DNA of 21,078 nt from Sandaracinaceae bacterium. Lineage in GTDB: Bacteria > Myxococcota_A > Polyangia > Polyangiales > Sandaracinaceae. The position numbers and the translations under genes are program-made. This document shows positions 10,693 to 19,195 of this stretch, one piece after another (within the stretch, counting starts at the first letter, position 1; every line of letters begins with the position of its first letter). Under the pieces are notes generated by a model. It was not told the DNA's origin and ran no database searches. It worked only from the letters and a program-made list of their open reading frames with translations. Where the stretch lies: assembly GCA_044220955.1 (NCBI GenBank), contig JBGAQA010000072.1:1-21078 (forward strand), in the 5' to 3' direction.

Positions 10693-11741
10693 GAGTCGCC
10701 CCCGGAGGCCGGGCGCACGGGGTCGACCGCGACGCGCGTTCCGACCGGGAGTCCACGCACGATCGCGCGCGTCGGTGAGCTGCTGAGGACCTGGACCGGG
10801 ACGCGGCTCGTCGCCCCGCCCTCGTCGGCGCGCTCGATCTCGACGCCGGTGCCCGCCACGATCAGCGCGCTCGTCGGCACCTCGACCGCGTCCGTCTGCG
10901 CGATCACCACGCGCACGCGTCCGGCCAGCCCCGCCGGGAGGCGCGCGCCGTCTTCGGCGGGGTCGAGCCACGCGACGCGAGTGCCGTCGATGGGATCGAT
11001 CACGCTCGCGGCGATGGGCCCGAGCGTCACGACGCTTCCATCGAGGCCGTGGAACGCGAAGTGTCCGTCCGGGGGCGGCGACTCGACGAAGCGCGCCTCG
11101 ATGCGCGCGGCGACGTCCGCGACCACCGTCACGAGCGGCGCGCCGGTGGGGTCGCGCACCTCGCCCACGCTCGCCTCGACGCTGCGCACGATCCCCGCGA
11201 TGGGGCTGCGGAGCGTGACGCGGCCCGTTCGGAGCACGGCGCCCGCCTCGGTCTCGCGAAGGGACGCGGCGTGGAGCACCGCGAGGGCCTGCGCGCGCTC
11301 GGCGTCGAGGTCGGCCAACTGCGTCTCCTGCTCGAACACCCGTCCCGTCTCGACGAGGCCCTCGCTGCGGAGCGACTCGAGCTCGGTGCGGCGGGCGGAG
11401 CGCAGCGAGCGACGCGTCGTGGACGTGGACCAGCGCGCTGCGGCGTCGAGCACCGCCGGCATCGAGACGTCGAGCAGAGGCGCCCCGAGCGCCACGGGAT
11501 CGCCGGGTCGGACGTGCACGGCGAGCACGCGCGCCGAGAAGGGCGCCCCCACGCGGGCCTCACCGTCGGGCGCGGGCACGACGTGCGCAGGCGCCTCGAG
11601 GAGCGCGAGGTCTGTGGGCGTGCGCGCCTCTTCCCAGCGCGTCTCCGCGGGCGGCGGGAGCGTCGGCTCGCTGCGTTCTTCGGCGCTGCAGCCCGCGAGC
11701 GCGACGACGAGCGCGGCGGCGATCACGAGACGGACGCTCAT
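10689..11741 (-). CDS. czcB: RND periplasmic adaptor (membrane fusion protein), lipoprotein
   Basis: Lipobox LAGC; lipoyl half-motifs VHVRPGDPVALGAPL and LRSPIAGIV...VGEV; lies between the OMF and RND genes with 4-nt overlaps. Confidence 0.85.
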   Translation of the reverse strand: MSVRLVIAAALVVALAGCSAEERSEPTLPPPAETRWEEARTPTDLALLEAPAHVVPAPDGEARVGAPFSARVLAVHVRPGDPVALGAPLLDVSMPAVLDAAARWSTSTTRRSLRSARRTELESLRSEGLVETGRVFEQETQLADLDAERAQALAVLHAASLRETEAGAVLRTGRVTLRSPIAGIVRSVEASVGEVRDPTGAPLVTVVADVAARIEARFVESPPPDGHFAFHGLDGSVVTLGPIAASVIDPIDGTRVAWLDPAEDGARLPAGLAGRVRVVIAQTDAVEVPTSALIVAGTGVEIERADEGGATSRVPVQVLSSSPTRAIVRGLPVGTRVAVDPVRPASGGDS

Positions 11742-12988
11742 GGACCCTCTCCTTCGTCCGCACCGCTGCCCAGCGCGGCGAGCAAGAGCCACGCGCGCAC
11801 CTCGGCCCACGTGCGTGCGGCGTCCGCGAGCACCTGCTCGCTCCGGGCGCGCAAGAGGCGCCGCCGTGCGTCGAGCGCGACGAACACGGTGGTCTCTCCG
11901 GCGGTGAGCTGGAGCGAGCGGAGATCGGCGAGGCGCTCGAGGGCCGGCACCGAGCGCGTCTCGAGCAGCGTCAGCGTCGCGCGCGCGTGCTCGACTTCGT
12001 GCGCCACCTCGAACGCCTCGCGGAGCGCGTCGGCGCGGGTCGCCTCGGTCGTGCCCTCCGCGATGGTGCCCTGCTCGGCGATGACCGAGCGCTCGCGCGC
12101 GGCGAGGTCGGCCACGGGGAACTGGAGGCCGATCTGCGGGAAGATCATCAGGCCCGCCGGGGACTCGCGGTAGACGATGAGGTCTGCGTCGAGGCGGAGC
12201 CCCACCTGGGCGGACACCTCGGCGTCGCGCGCGCGGATGGCCGCCGCGGCGAGGCGTGCGGCCACGACGCGCGGCAGCCGATCCACCTCCGAGAGGCGCG
12301 TCTCGATCTCGCTGGGCTCGGGGAGCATCGGTCGCGGCGGCTCACCGCTCGTCGCGAGCGTGTGCGGCGCGGCCGTCCCCATCGCCCGCGCGAGCGCGAC
12401 GCGCGCGCCCACGCGCTCTCCCTCCGCTGCCAGCGCGAGTGCCTCCGCCTCCGCCGCGAACGCGTCCGCCTCCGCGCGATCGGCCTCCGTCAGCACGCCA
12501 CGCGCGGACGCCACCTGCGTGCGCTCCGCCAGCTCGCTTGCGGTCCGCGCCGCGTCGTCGGCCAGCGTGAGCGCCCGCTCCGCGCGATTCAGCACGATCC
12601 AGGCATACGCGGCCTCGAGCTGGCGCGAGAGCGCCGCGGCCCGCGTCCGTGCCGAGAGCGCGTCGCGCTCTTCGCTCGCCGATCGCCTCCGCGCGTCGGC
12701 CAGGCCCGCGAGGTTCCAGCTGTGGCCGAGCTGCGCCTGGCCCTCGAAGCCGCGATCCTGATCGTCGAGGACGCGCACCCCGGGCACGACGTAGGCGCGC
12801 GTGAGCTCGGTGACGTCGCTGATGCGCTCGTCCCCGCTGCGCCGTCCCTCGAGCGCTTCGTCGAGGGCGCGCAGCTCCGGCGCATCCTCCGCGAGGCCGA
12901 TCGCGGCGTCGAACGTGATCGCCGCCTGGGCGCTGGCGACCGACGGGGACGCGAGGACGAGAGCGACGAACGACGTCGTGAACCGCAC
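11738..12988 (-). CDS. czcC: TolC/CzcC-family outer membrane efflux protein
   Basis: Signal peptide (…VASAQA), ITFDAAIGLA, duplicated helical OEP repeats, AGETTVFVALDARR; first gene of the CBA operon. Confidence 0.85.
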   Translation of the reverse strand: MRFTTSFVALVLASPSVASAQAAITFDAAIGLAEDAPELRALDEALEGRRSGDERISDVTELTRAYVVPGVRVLDDQDRGFEGQAQLGHSWNLAGLADARRRSASEERDALSARTRAAALSRQLEAAYAWIVLNRAERALTLADDAARTASELAERTQVASARGVLTEADRAEADAFAAEAEALALAAEGERVGARVALARAMGTAAPHTLATSGEPPRPMLPEPSEIETRLSEVDRLPRVVAARLAAAAIRARDAEVSAQVGLRLDADLIVYRESPAGLMIFPQIGLQFPVADLAARERSVIAEQGTIAEGTTEATRADALREAFEVAHEVEHARATLTLLETRSVPALERLADLRSLQLTAGETTVFVALDARRRLLRARSEQVLADAARTWAEVRAWLLLAALGSGADEGEGP

Positions 12989-12994
12989 GCCGCG

Positions 12995-13049
12995 ACGCTA
13001 GCGTCCTCGGCCGGACGGTCCCTGAGGCGCTCCTGAGGATCGTCTCAGG
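12995..13049 (-). promoter_or_regulatory. czc operon promoter with putative OmpR-type operator
   Basis: Minus strand CCTGAGA-N4-CCTCAGG-N4-CCTCAGG (11-bp period, 13049-13021), then 20 nt, TAGCGT (-10, 13000-12995), 6 nt, GTG start. Confidence 0.65.
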
Positions 13050-13311
13050 ATCGCGCTCGCGCTCGGGTCCGCATGCGCCCGGAGCGGGGAGGGCGCTCGG
13101 GCGTCATCCCGCCATGCTGTCCGCCGTGGACGCGAGGAAGAGCGGCGGCGTGCGTGCCGCGCGACGAGCAGGACGATGGCGATGGCCCAGTCGAAGCCCG
13201 GTGCGCGGTGAGGCAGCGCGCACCCACAGCTGGCGGGCGGCGACGCGTGACTGCCTGCGTCGAGGAGGTGAGCCGAGTCCTTGCGCGTCGTCCCGAGGTC
13301 GGGACGAGCTC

Positions 13312-13704
13312 TCAGGGCGCGACGTAGGTGCCGGGCGGAGTGCCCATCTCGCAGCCCGATCGCGCGGCGTCGGCGTCGGCGTAGGGGCCACCGGCGTAGG
13401 TCCACGCGGTGCCGGGCCCCGAGCCGCTGCTCGCGTCGTAGTGGCAGCCGCCTACGGACCCGGCGTGCGTGCAGGGCGTGGTCGACCACGTGCTGCCGCC
13501 CGTGGTGCATGCGGAGCGGTACGCGTCGAGCGTCGCGCCGGTCGACTCGTAGTCGACGCACGTGTACGCGGCCGTCATCGCGCAGCTGCCCCCGACTGCG
13601 GAGCCGCCGCCGGTGTCGCTCCCACCGCCGCCAGCATCGTTTCCCGAGGCAGGTGAGTTGCACGCGAGCATCAAGAGCGCAGCGAGGCAGATCGAGTTTT
13701 GCAA
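13312..13704 (-). CDS. Small Cys-rich lipoprotein
   Basis: GGAGG 7 nt before TTG at 13704; MQNSICLAALLMLAC lipobox, G/S/D linker, then a six-Cys domain (C..CVDY..C..C..GGC..C). Confidence 0.8.
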   Translation of the reverse strand: MQNSICLAALLMLACNSPASGNDAGGGGSDTGGGSAVGGSCAMTAAYTCVDYESTGATLDAYRSACTTGGSTWSTTPCTHAGSVGGCHYDASSGSGPGTAWTYAGGPYADADAARSGCEMGTPPGTYVAP

Positions 13705-13962
13705 GGCAGATCCTCCGGCGCGCAGTATCGCCGAGAACCGCCGCGCGCGCGGATCGGAGGGCCGCGCGCGCGACGTGCGCCGTGACCGGACGCACTGCCG
13801 CCCGAGCTCGCGGAGGAAGTGGGGCACCTGGTGAAGAGGTGTGCAGTGTCCGGGAGCGCGCCACCCCGAGCGAGAGCGTATGGCGGGCGGGACGCGAGCC
13901 TGCCGGGCCCGAGCTCACGATCGTGCGGGGCGTGGTCGCTCGCTGCGGGGTACACGGGGGCG

Positions 13963-15255
13963 ATGACCCCACGCGCACGCGTCGCGCTCGTCCTCGGCCT
14001 GGTCCTGCCCGCGTGCGCGCGCTGCGGCGCCTCCGACCCGGCGCCGCCGCCCACGCCCGAGCCGTCGGTCGCGAGCGCGCCGTCCGCCGCGCCGATCGAT
14101 CTGCCGACGCCGCTGTTCCAGGCGCGCGATCCGATCGAGCGCCCCAGCGGCATCGCCGTGTCGGCCGACGGACGCACGGTCGCGTTCTCGAGCAGCGGTC
14201 GCGTCACGGCCGACGACTCCGACGTCGACGACGACGTCTTCGCGTACGACCCGGGCACGAGCACCCTCACGCGTCTCACGACGGGCGGCCACGGGCCGGC
14301 GTACGTCCTCGAGCGAGGCGTGAGCGCCGATGGGCAGCGGATCCTCTTCGAGACGAGCAGCGCCTTCGTCGAGGACGACGGCAACGGCCGGGGAGACGTC
14401 TACGTGGTCGACCGCGCGGCGCGCTCCGTGGAGCGCGTCTCGCTCGGGCCGGGGGGAGCCGAGATCGCGGGCGAGTCTTCCGGCGCCGGGATCTCGGGCG
14501 ACGGCCGCGTGGTCGCGTTCACGACGCGGGTCCCGGGGCTCGTGCGGAGCGACCACGACGACGAGAGCGACCTCTTCGTGCGCGACCTCTCGAGCGGGGC
14601 GATCGAGCGTGCCTCCCTCGGTCCCGGCGGACGCACCTCGGAGGGCGGCACCTACGGCCCGCTCGGGCTGAGCACGGACGGGACACGCACGCTCTTCTTC
14701 GCGAGCCACCTCGTACCGCAGGAGCCGCCCATCCTCGGCCTCACCGAGCTCGACGTGTACGAGCGCGGGAGCCACGCCGCGCGCTTCGGCGCCGACCTCG
14801 CCGAGCTGAGCCTCACCTCGATGACCGCGGACGGACGCGTGGTGCTCGGGGTGTTCCACGACACCGACGACGTCGTCGGGCTGCTCATCGACCTCGACAC
14901 CGGGACGCGCACGCGGATCGAGGGCACGCACGCGGTCGAGCAGATCGCCATCTCCCCCGACGGACACGTCGTGGCGGTGGTCGACTACCACGGCCCCGAG
15001 ACGGATCCCGTGCGCGCCCTGCGCATCCTGCGGGACGGCGCCGAGGTGTCGTCGCGGCCGCTCGCACACGGTCTCGCCGGCGAGCGCGACGGCTGGCGCT
15101 CCTTCGCCGTCGCGAACGACGCGACGGTGGTCGCCCGTCTCGTGGACGCGCGCGACGACGGCAGCGCGTGGTCGTATCGGACGTGCGTGGCCGTGCTGGC
15201 CCCGACGCCCGTCGCGCTCGCCTGCAGCATGCCTGCGGATCACCCGGACCTCTGA
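13963..15255 (+). CDS. TolB-like/PD40 beta-propeller protein, probable lipoprotein
   Basis: Signal LVLGLVLPAC, Pro linker, repeats VSADGRTVAF, VSADGQRILF, ISGDGRVVAF, LSTDGTRTLF, ISPDGHVVAV with DxNxxxDVYVxD-like loops. Confidence 0.8.
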   Translation: MTPRARVALVLGLVLPACARCGASDPAPPPTPEPSVASAPSAAPIDLPTPLFQARDPIERPSGIAVSADGRTVAFSSSGRVTADDSDVDDDVFAYDPGTSTLTRLTTGGHGPAYVLERGVSADGQRILFETSSAFVEDDGNGRGDVYVVDRAARSVERVSLGPGGAEIAGESSGAGISGDGRVVAFTTRVPGLVRSDHDDESDLFVRDLSSGAIERASLGPGGRTSEGGTYGPLGLSTDGTRTLFFASHLVPQEPPILGLTELDVYERGSHAARFGADLAELSLTSMTADGRVVLGVFHDTDDVVGLLIDLDTGTRTRIEGTHAVEQIAISPDGHVVAVVDYHGPETDPVRALRILRDGAEVSSRPLAHGLAGERDGWRSFAVANDATVVARLVDARDDGSAWSYRTCVAVLAPTPVALACSMPADHPDL

Positions 15256-15299
15256 TCGGGACCGATGAACTTCATCACGTGAAAGGGCAGGATCTACCA

Positions 15300-16046
15300 A
15301 TGACGCGAGGCTGGAGAGGGATCCCGTTTCTTCGCTACTCCTTCTGGCGAATGCTCGTGGGCGCGAAGCACCTTCAGAAGCACTGGCAGGTGGGAGACGG
15401 TCGCGAGGAGCGGCTCGCGCTCTACGTCGTGGCGAAGGCGAAGCGCGGGGACCTCGCCGACGCGATCCGCGTGATCGACGAGTACTTCTACACCGAGAGC
15501 TTCCTCATCAACGTCGGCGACGAGAAGGGAGAGATCCTCGAGCACGCCATCCGCCGGGCGCGAGCCAAGCGGGTGCTCGAGCTCGGCACGTACTGCGGCT
15601 ACAGCGCACTGCGCATGGCGCTCGCCGCCCCCGACGCGCACATCACGTCCATCGAATTCAACCCGGACAACGCCGCGATCGCGCGCCGCATCTGGGAGCA
15701 TGCGGGCGTGGGCGCGCGGGTGACGGCGGTGGTCGGCACGCTCGGCGACGGAGGCGAGACCGTCCGCAAGCTGAGGGAGGAACACGGCTTCGCCGAGGGC
15801 ACCCTCGACGCCGTGTTCATCGATCACGCGAAGGACGCGTACCTCCCCGACCTGCAGCTCATCCTGCGCGAAGGATGGCTGCGCCCGGGTGCGATCGTCG
15901 TGGCGGACAACGTGAAGTTCCCCGGCGTCCCGGAGTACCGCGCGTACATGACCGAGAACGAAGGCAAGCGCTGGCGAACGACGGAGCACGAGACACGTGC
16001 GTCGATGCCCAAGGATCTGGTCCTCGTGTCCGAGCTGACGACCTGA
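15300..16046 (+). CDS. Catechol-O-methyltransferase-like SAM/Mg-dependent O-methyltransferase
   Basis: Motifs NVGDEKG, LELGTYCGYSA, FIDHAKDAYLPDL, VADNVKFPG match COMT-family signatures; 248 aa. Confidence 0.92.
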   Translation: MTRGWRGIPFLRYSFWRMLVGAKHLQKHWQVGDGREERLALYVVAKAKRGDLADAIRVIDEYFYTESFLINVGDEKGEILEHAIRRARAKRVLELGTYCGYSALRMALAAPDAHITSIEFNPDNAAIARRIWEHAGVGARVTAVVGTLGDGGETVRKLREEHGFAEGTLDAVFIDHAKDAYLPDLQLILREGWLRPGAIVVADNVKFPGVPEYRAYMTENEGKRWRTTEHETRASMPKDLVLVSELTT

Positions 16047-16049
16047 CCC

Positions 16050-16242
16050 CGCCGGCTCGGCGTCGTCGCACACGCACGCCGCCGCCGTCCGCGTCGGGGC
16101 ACCACGCGTCGGTGCCGGGACGCCTCCCCGTCACGTCGACGCCACCGTCTTCCGCGGATGCGTCCGCCCCGGGCCCGTCCCCGGCGCCGCAAGCGGTGAG
16201 CGCGAGCGAGACGATGATCGATCGAACGAGCGCGTTCCCTAC
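16050..16242 (-). pseudogene. Probable remnant of a lipoprotein gene
   Basis: Reads (V)GNALVRSIIVSLALTACGAGDGPGADASAEDGG...CPDADGGG. Lipobox-like signal but no valid start codon (GTA), and it runs into the convergent methyltransferase gene. Confidence 0.35.
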
Positions 16243-16667
16243 CGCGTCTCCCGTAGCCGGGCGCGGAGCGCTTCGAAGGTGATCGCACGGATCCGGGCCC
16301 GCGTACCGTGCATCCTCGGGTCGTCGTCGGAGTCGTCGATGGACGTTTCTGCGGTCCGTTGCTCCCACGCATCGACACGGTCGGCGCTCGGCGTGACCGC
16401 GTCGGGGTGCTCGCAGAGCGTGGCCAGGAGCGCGATTCGCGGCAACAGGAGCAGGCGCCCGTCTGGACCGCGGCCGCGAGGCCACTCGCGCTCGACCTGC
16501 GCTGCGTCGGGCCCGAGGCAGGCGACCAGCCGCGCGATCTCGACATTCACCTCCACGATCACGCGATCGATCTCGTCCACGACTGCGTCGAGAATACCGC
16601 GAGACCGCGCGTCCGTGACGGCCTCGCCCTCGCCGTCGAGCAAGAACGCGCAGGAAGGATGAAGCAC
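16239..16667 (-). CDS. Hypothetical helical protein, possibly decayed
   Basis: Open frame with a protein-like helical composition (ILDAVVDEIDRVIVEVNVEIARL...RIRAITFEALRARL) and mostly G/C third positions; GTG start uncertain. Confidence 0.4.
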   Translation of the reverse strand: MLHPSCAFLLDGEGEAVTDARSRGILDAVVDEIDRVIVEVNVEIARLVACLGPDAAQVEREWPRGRGPDGRLLLLPRIALLATLCEHPDAVTPSADRVDAWEQRTAETSIDDSDDDPRMHGTRARIRAITFEALRARLRETR

Positions 16668-16959
16668 CGGTTTCCCCGCGCGAGTCGTCGTAGCGGATGT
16701 TGGGCTGAGCCGCTGCGCGGCAGCAAGCGCCACCCGCGGGCTCGTCGTGCTGCCGGGACGCTCCGAATCCGCGCGATCGATACGGGACTGCCGGGGTCGC
16801 TCGCGACCGCCCTCACGCACCACTGCACGCTCTGCGCGCCCACGAGGACGAGCGCGAGGAAGTGCGATGACGCGCGGGCGAGGCTCACCGCGGCAGCGGC
16901 ATGACGCGTCGGTCCCGGGGCGACGCGAGGGTGAGGTCGAGGTCGTGATCCCGTACACT

Positions 16960-16975
16960 CGGCACACGCGTTGCT
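16960..16975 (+). promoter_or_regulatory. Sigma54 (-24/-12) promoter
   Basis: CGGCACACGCGTTGCT = GG-N10-GC close to consensus TGGCACG-N4-TTGC, 23 nt before the ATG at 16999. Confidence 0.7.
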
Positions 16976-16998
16976 CGGTCGGCAGCGAAGGGGGCACC

Positions 16999-18951
16999 AT
17001 GTGCCACGGGGTGGTTCGCGCACGGCTCGTCGTCCTGCTGATCGGCGTGCTCGCCGCGGGCTGTGCCCTCGTCCACGAGCGGCCCGAGCTCGACGCCGGC
17101 CCCGGGCTCGACGCGACCGTGCCGCGCGACGCGCGCGTCGAGCCCGAGCCCGATGCGTGGCGCCAGGATGCCTTCGAGGACGACGCGTGGCGCCCCGACG
17201 CCCCCATCGACGCCTTCGCCATCGACGCCTTCGCCATCGACGCGTTCGCCATCGACGCCTGGCGTCCCGACGCGTTCCCGAACGACATGGCGCTCGTCGA
17301 CGCGTCCTGCCCCGACGGGCGTGACCTCGACGGTGACGGCATCGCGGACGGCCTCGAGCCCGCTCCCGGCAACGACGAGGACGGCGACACGATCGACGAC
17401 CGCACCGAGAACCTCGTCCGCACGCTCCTCACGGCGAACGACGCCGCGCACGGCAGCCCGCCGATCCCGACGCCGGACGTCTGCATCCCCGACGACTGCG
17501 ACGGCGACGGCCTCCGCAACTTCGTCGACCTCGACTCGGACGACGACGGGCTCCCCGATCGCCTCGAGGGCGCGGCCGGGACCAACCAGTGCCTGCGCGA
17601 CACCGACCACGACGGCTTCGACGACCTGATCGAGGTCGCGATCGGCACGAGCCCGCTCGACCCCACCGCGATGCCGCCGCCGAACGCGCTCTACGCCCCG
17701 CTGCCCTTCGACCCACCCGGCAGCACCGCGCGCCAGCCGCGGCGGCAGTTCGACTTCTCCACGCGCATCCGGATCGCGGACGTGTTCGTGCTCGTCGACA
17801 ACTCGGCGAGCATGCAGGCCATCATCAACGAGCTGCGCGCGACGTTCAGCTCGACGATCGTGCCCGGCATCCTCGCGCAGATCCCTGACGTACGCATCGG
17901 CGTCGGCTCGTTCGACTCGGTCCCCGACGGCCTGGACGGCGACGCGGGGCGCCCCGGCGACTACACGCTCTGGGTGCGGCAGCCGCTCTCGGCGGACTCC
18001 ACGCTCTCGCAGCGCGCGCTCGACGCCATGACCACGGTCGACCGCGACATCCCGGGGATGATGTTCTTCGGTCTCGACGGGCCGGAGTGCCAGGTCGAGG
18101 CGCTCCTGCAGGTGATCGACGGCCCGGGGATGATCGGGCACGAGGCCGACGAGGCCGCACGGTGGAGCGTGCACGACGCCCGCGATCGGCGCGGCGACGG
18201 CTGGGTGCCGCGGGTCGATCCCGTGCGCGACTGCGGCGCCGCGCCCGGTGACGACGTGTTCGGATGGGGATGCTTCCGCGCAGGCCGCGTGCCGATCGTC
18301 GTCCTCGCCTCCGACGCGGGCTGGCACCAGGGCTTCGTGACGGGTTCCGACGGCGGCGGCCCCGGCTCGGACGCGACGATGCACCCCGCCGCGGACCTCG
18401 CCACCGCGATGATCGCGCGCCAGGCGTACTTCATCGGCATCGACGTCGGCGACACGGGCGACACCCTCGCGGAGTCGCGCGAGCTCGCGACGAGGACGGG
18501 CACGGTGGACGGCTCCGGGAATCCGATCGTCTTCCATCCCGGATCGGGCGGCCTCGCGAGCGCGGCCACCGACGTCGTGCACGCGATCACCACGCTCGCG
18601 GGCGAGACCGCGCAGGACATCACCACGCGCGTCGACGCGGACCCGACCGAGACGCGCCTGCCGGCCGGGCACACGACGGCGGACTTCCTGACCGCGGTCC
18701 GGCCGGACCACGGCTCGCCCGACGCACCGATCGGCTTCGCGCGGATGGACGCCACCACGTTCTACGGCGTGCGCCCGAGCACGCGCGTGACCTTCGACGT
18801 CGACTTCCGCGACGACTTCGTCGCGGAGACCGACGCGCCGCAGCTCTACCGCGCGACGATCCAGGTGCTCGGCCGCGCGGACACGATCGTCGACCACCAC
18901 GACGTGTACATCGTCGTCCCGCCGATCGGCGGCACGCCGTCGATCTTCTGA
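16999..18951 (+). CDS. Lipoprotein with TSP3-like Ca-binding repeats and a VWA domain (CglD-like architecture)
   Basis: Lipobox LAAGC; DA-pentapeptide linker; DLDGDG, DEDGD, DCDGDG..DSDDDG, DTDHDG..E..GT.P.DP; MIDAS ADVFVLVDNSASM; C-terminal beta domain. Start could instead be GTG at 17011. Confidence 0.85.
   Translation: MCHGVVRARLVVLLIGVLAAGCALVHERPELDAGPGLDATVPRDARVEPEPDAWRQDAFEDDAWRPDAPIDAFAIDAFAIDAFAIDAWRPDAFPNDMALVDASCPDGRDLDGDGIADGLEPAPGNDEDGDTIDDRTENLVRTLLTANDAAHGSPPIPTPDVCIPDDCDGDGLRNFVDLDSDDDGLPDRLEGAAGTNQCLRDTDHDGFDDLIEVAIGTSPLDPTAMPPPNALYAPLPFDPPGSTARQPRRQFDFSTRIRIADVFVLVDNSASMQAIINELRATFSSTIVPGILAQIPDVRIGVGSFDSVPDGLDGDAGRPGDYTLWVRQPLSADSTLSQRALDAMTTVDRDIPGMMFFGLDGPECQVEALLQVIDGPGMIGHEADEAARWSVHDARDRRGDGWVPRVDPVRDCGAAPGDDVFGWGCFRAGRVPIVVLASDAGWHQGFVTGSDGGGPGSDATMHPAADLATAMIARQAYFIGIDVGDTGDTLAESRELATRTGTVDGSGNPIVFHPGSGGLASAATDVVHAITTLAGETAQDITTRVDADPTETRLPAGHTTADFLTAVRPDHGSPDAPIGFARMDATTFYGVRPSTRVTFDVDFRDDFVAETDAPQLYRATIQVLGRADTIVDHHDVYIVVPPIGGTPSIF
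17206..17260 (+). repeat. 15-bp in-frame tandem repeat (IDAFA)n
   Basis: ATCGACGCCTTCGCC at 17206 and 17221, one-mismatch copy at 17236, partial copy at 17251. Confidence 0.9.
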
Positions 18952-18968
18952 CGACGCGCGCGCGACGC

Positions 18969-18994
18969 GCGGCGATCGAGGGCGGCGATCGAGG
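18969..18994 (+). repeat. Perfect 13-bp tandem duplication
   Basis: GCGGCGATCGAGG x2 (18969-18981, 18982-18994). Confidence 0.85.
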
Positions 18995-19002
18995 TCGCGA
19001 CG

Positions 19003-19078
19003 GATGTGCTGCGAAGGCAGGCCGCGCGTCCAGCCCCGCTCACGGTCCGGGCACAGGCTCCGTCTGCGTGCCTGCGGA
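19003..19078. repeat. Dispersed direct repeat, copy 1
   Basis: Ungapped match to 19713-19788 (offset 710); first 37 nt are 36/37 identical. Confidence 0.9.
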
Positions 19079-19195
19079 GCTGGGCTCGTGCGCCTGGTAC
19101 ACGACGAGCTCGGGAGGCACGGTGGCCAGGAGCCGCCGTCAGAGCGCCCCGGTCGCGACGCGGAACGACGAGCGCCGGCGCACCGCCGGCGTCGA

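Noticed and set aside
7468..11907. 1479-aa plus-strand ORF and similar long ORFs (409..2187, 1524..4052, 16885..18900)
   Set aside because: Antisense shadows of real high-GC genes; Arg/Ala/His-rich with no domain motifs.
15264..15276. Palindrome GATGAACTTCATC / GAACTT ECF -35 upstream of the methyltransferase
   Set aside because: Short single instance, and no -10 element at ECF spacing. It may be an operator but cannot be supported.
19017..19033. Canonical sigma54 promoter or cobalamin riboswitch within the repeat
   Set aside because: TGG…TGC spacing is GG-N11-GC, one too long. Only CCTGCC resembles a B12 box and the other riboswitch motifs are absent.
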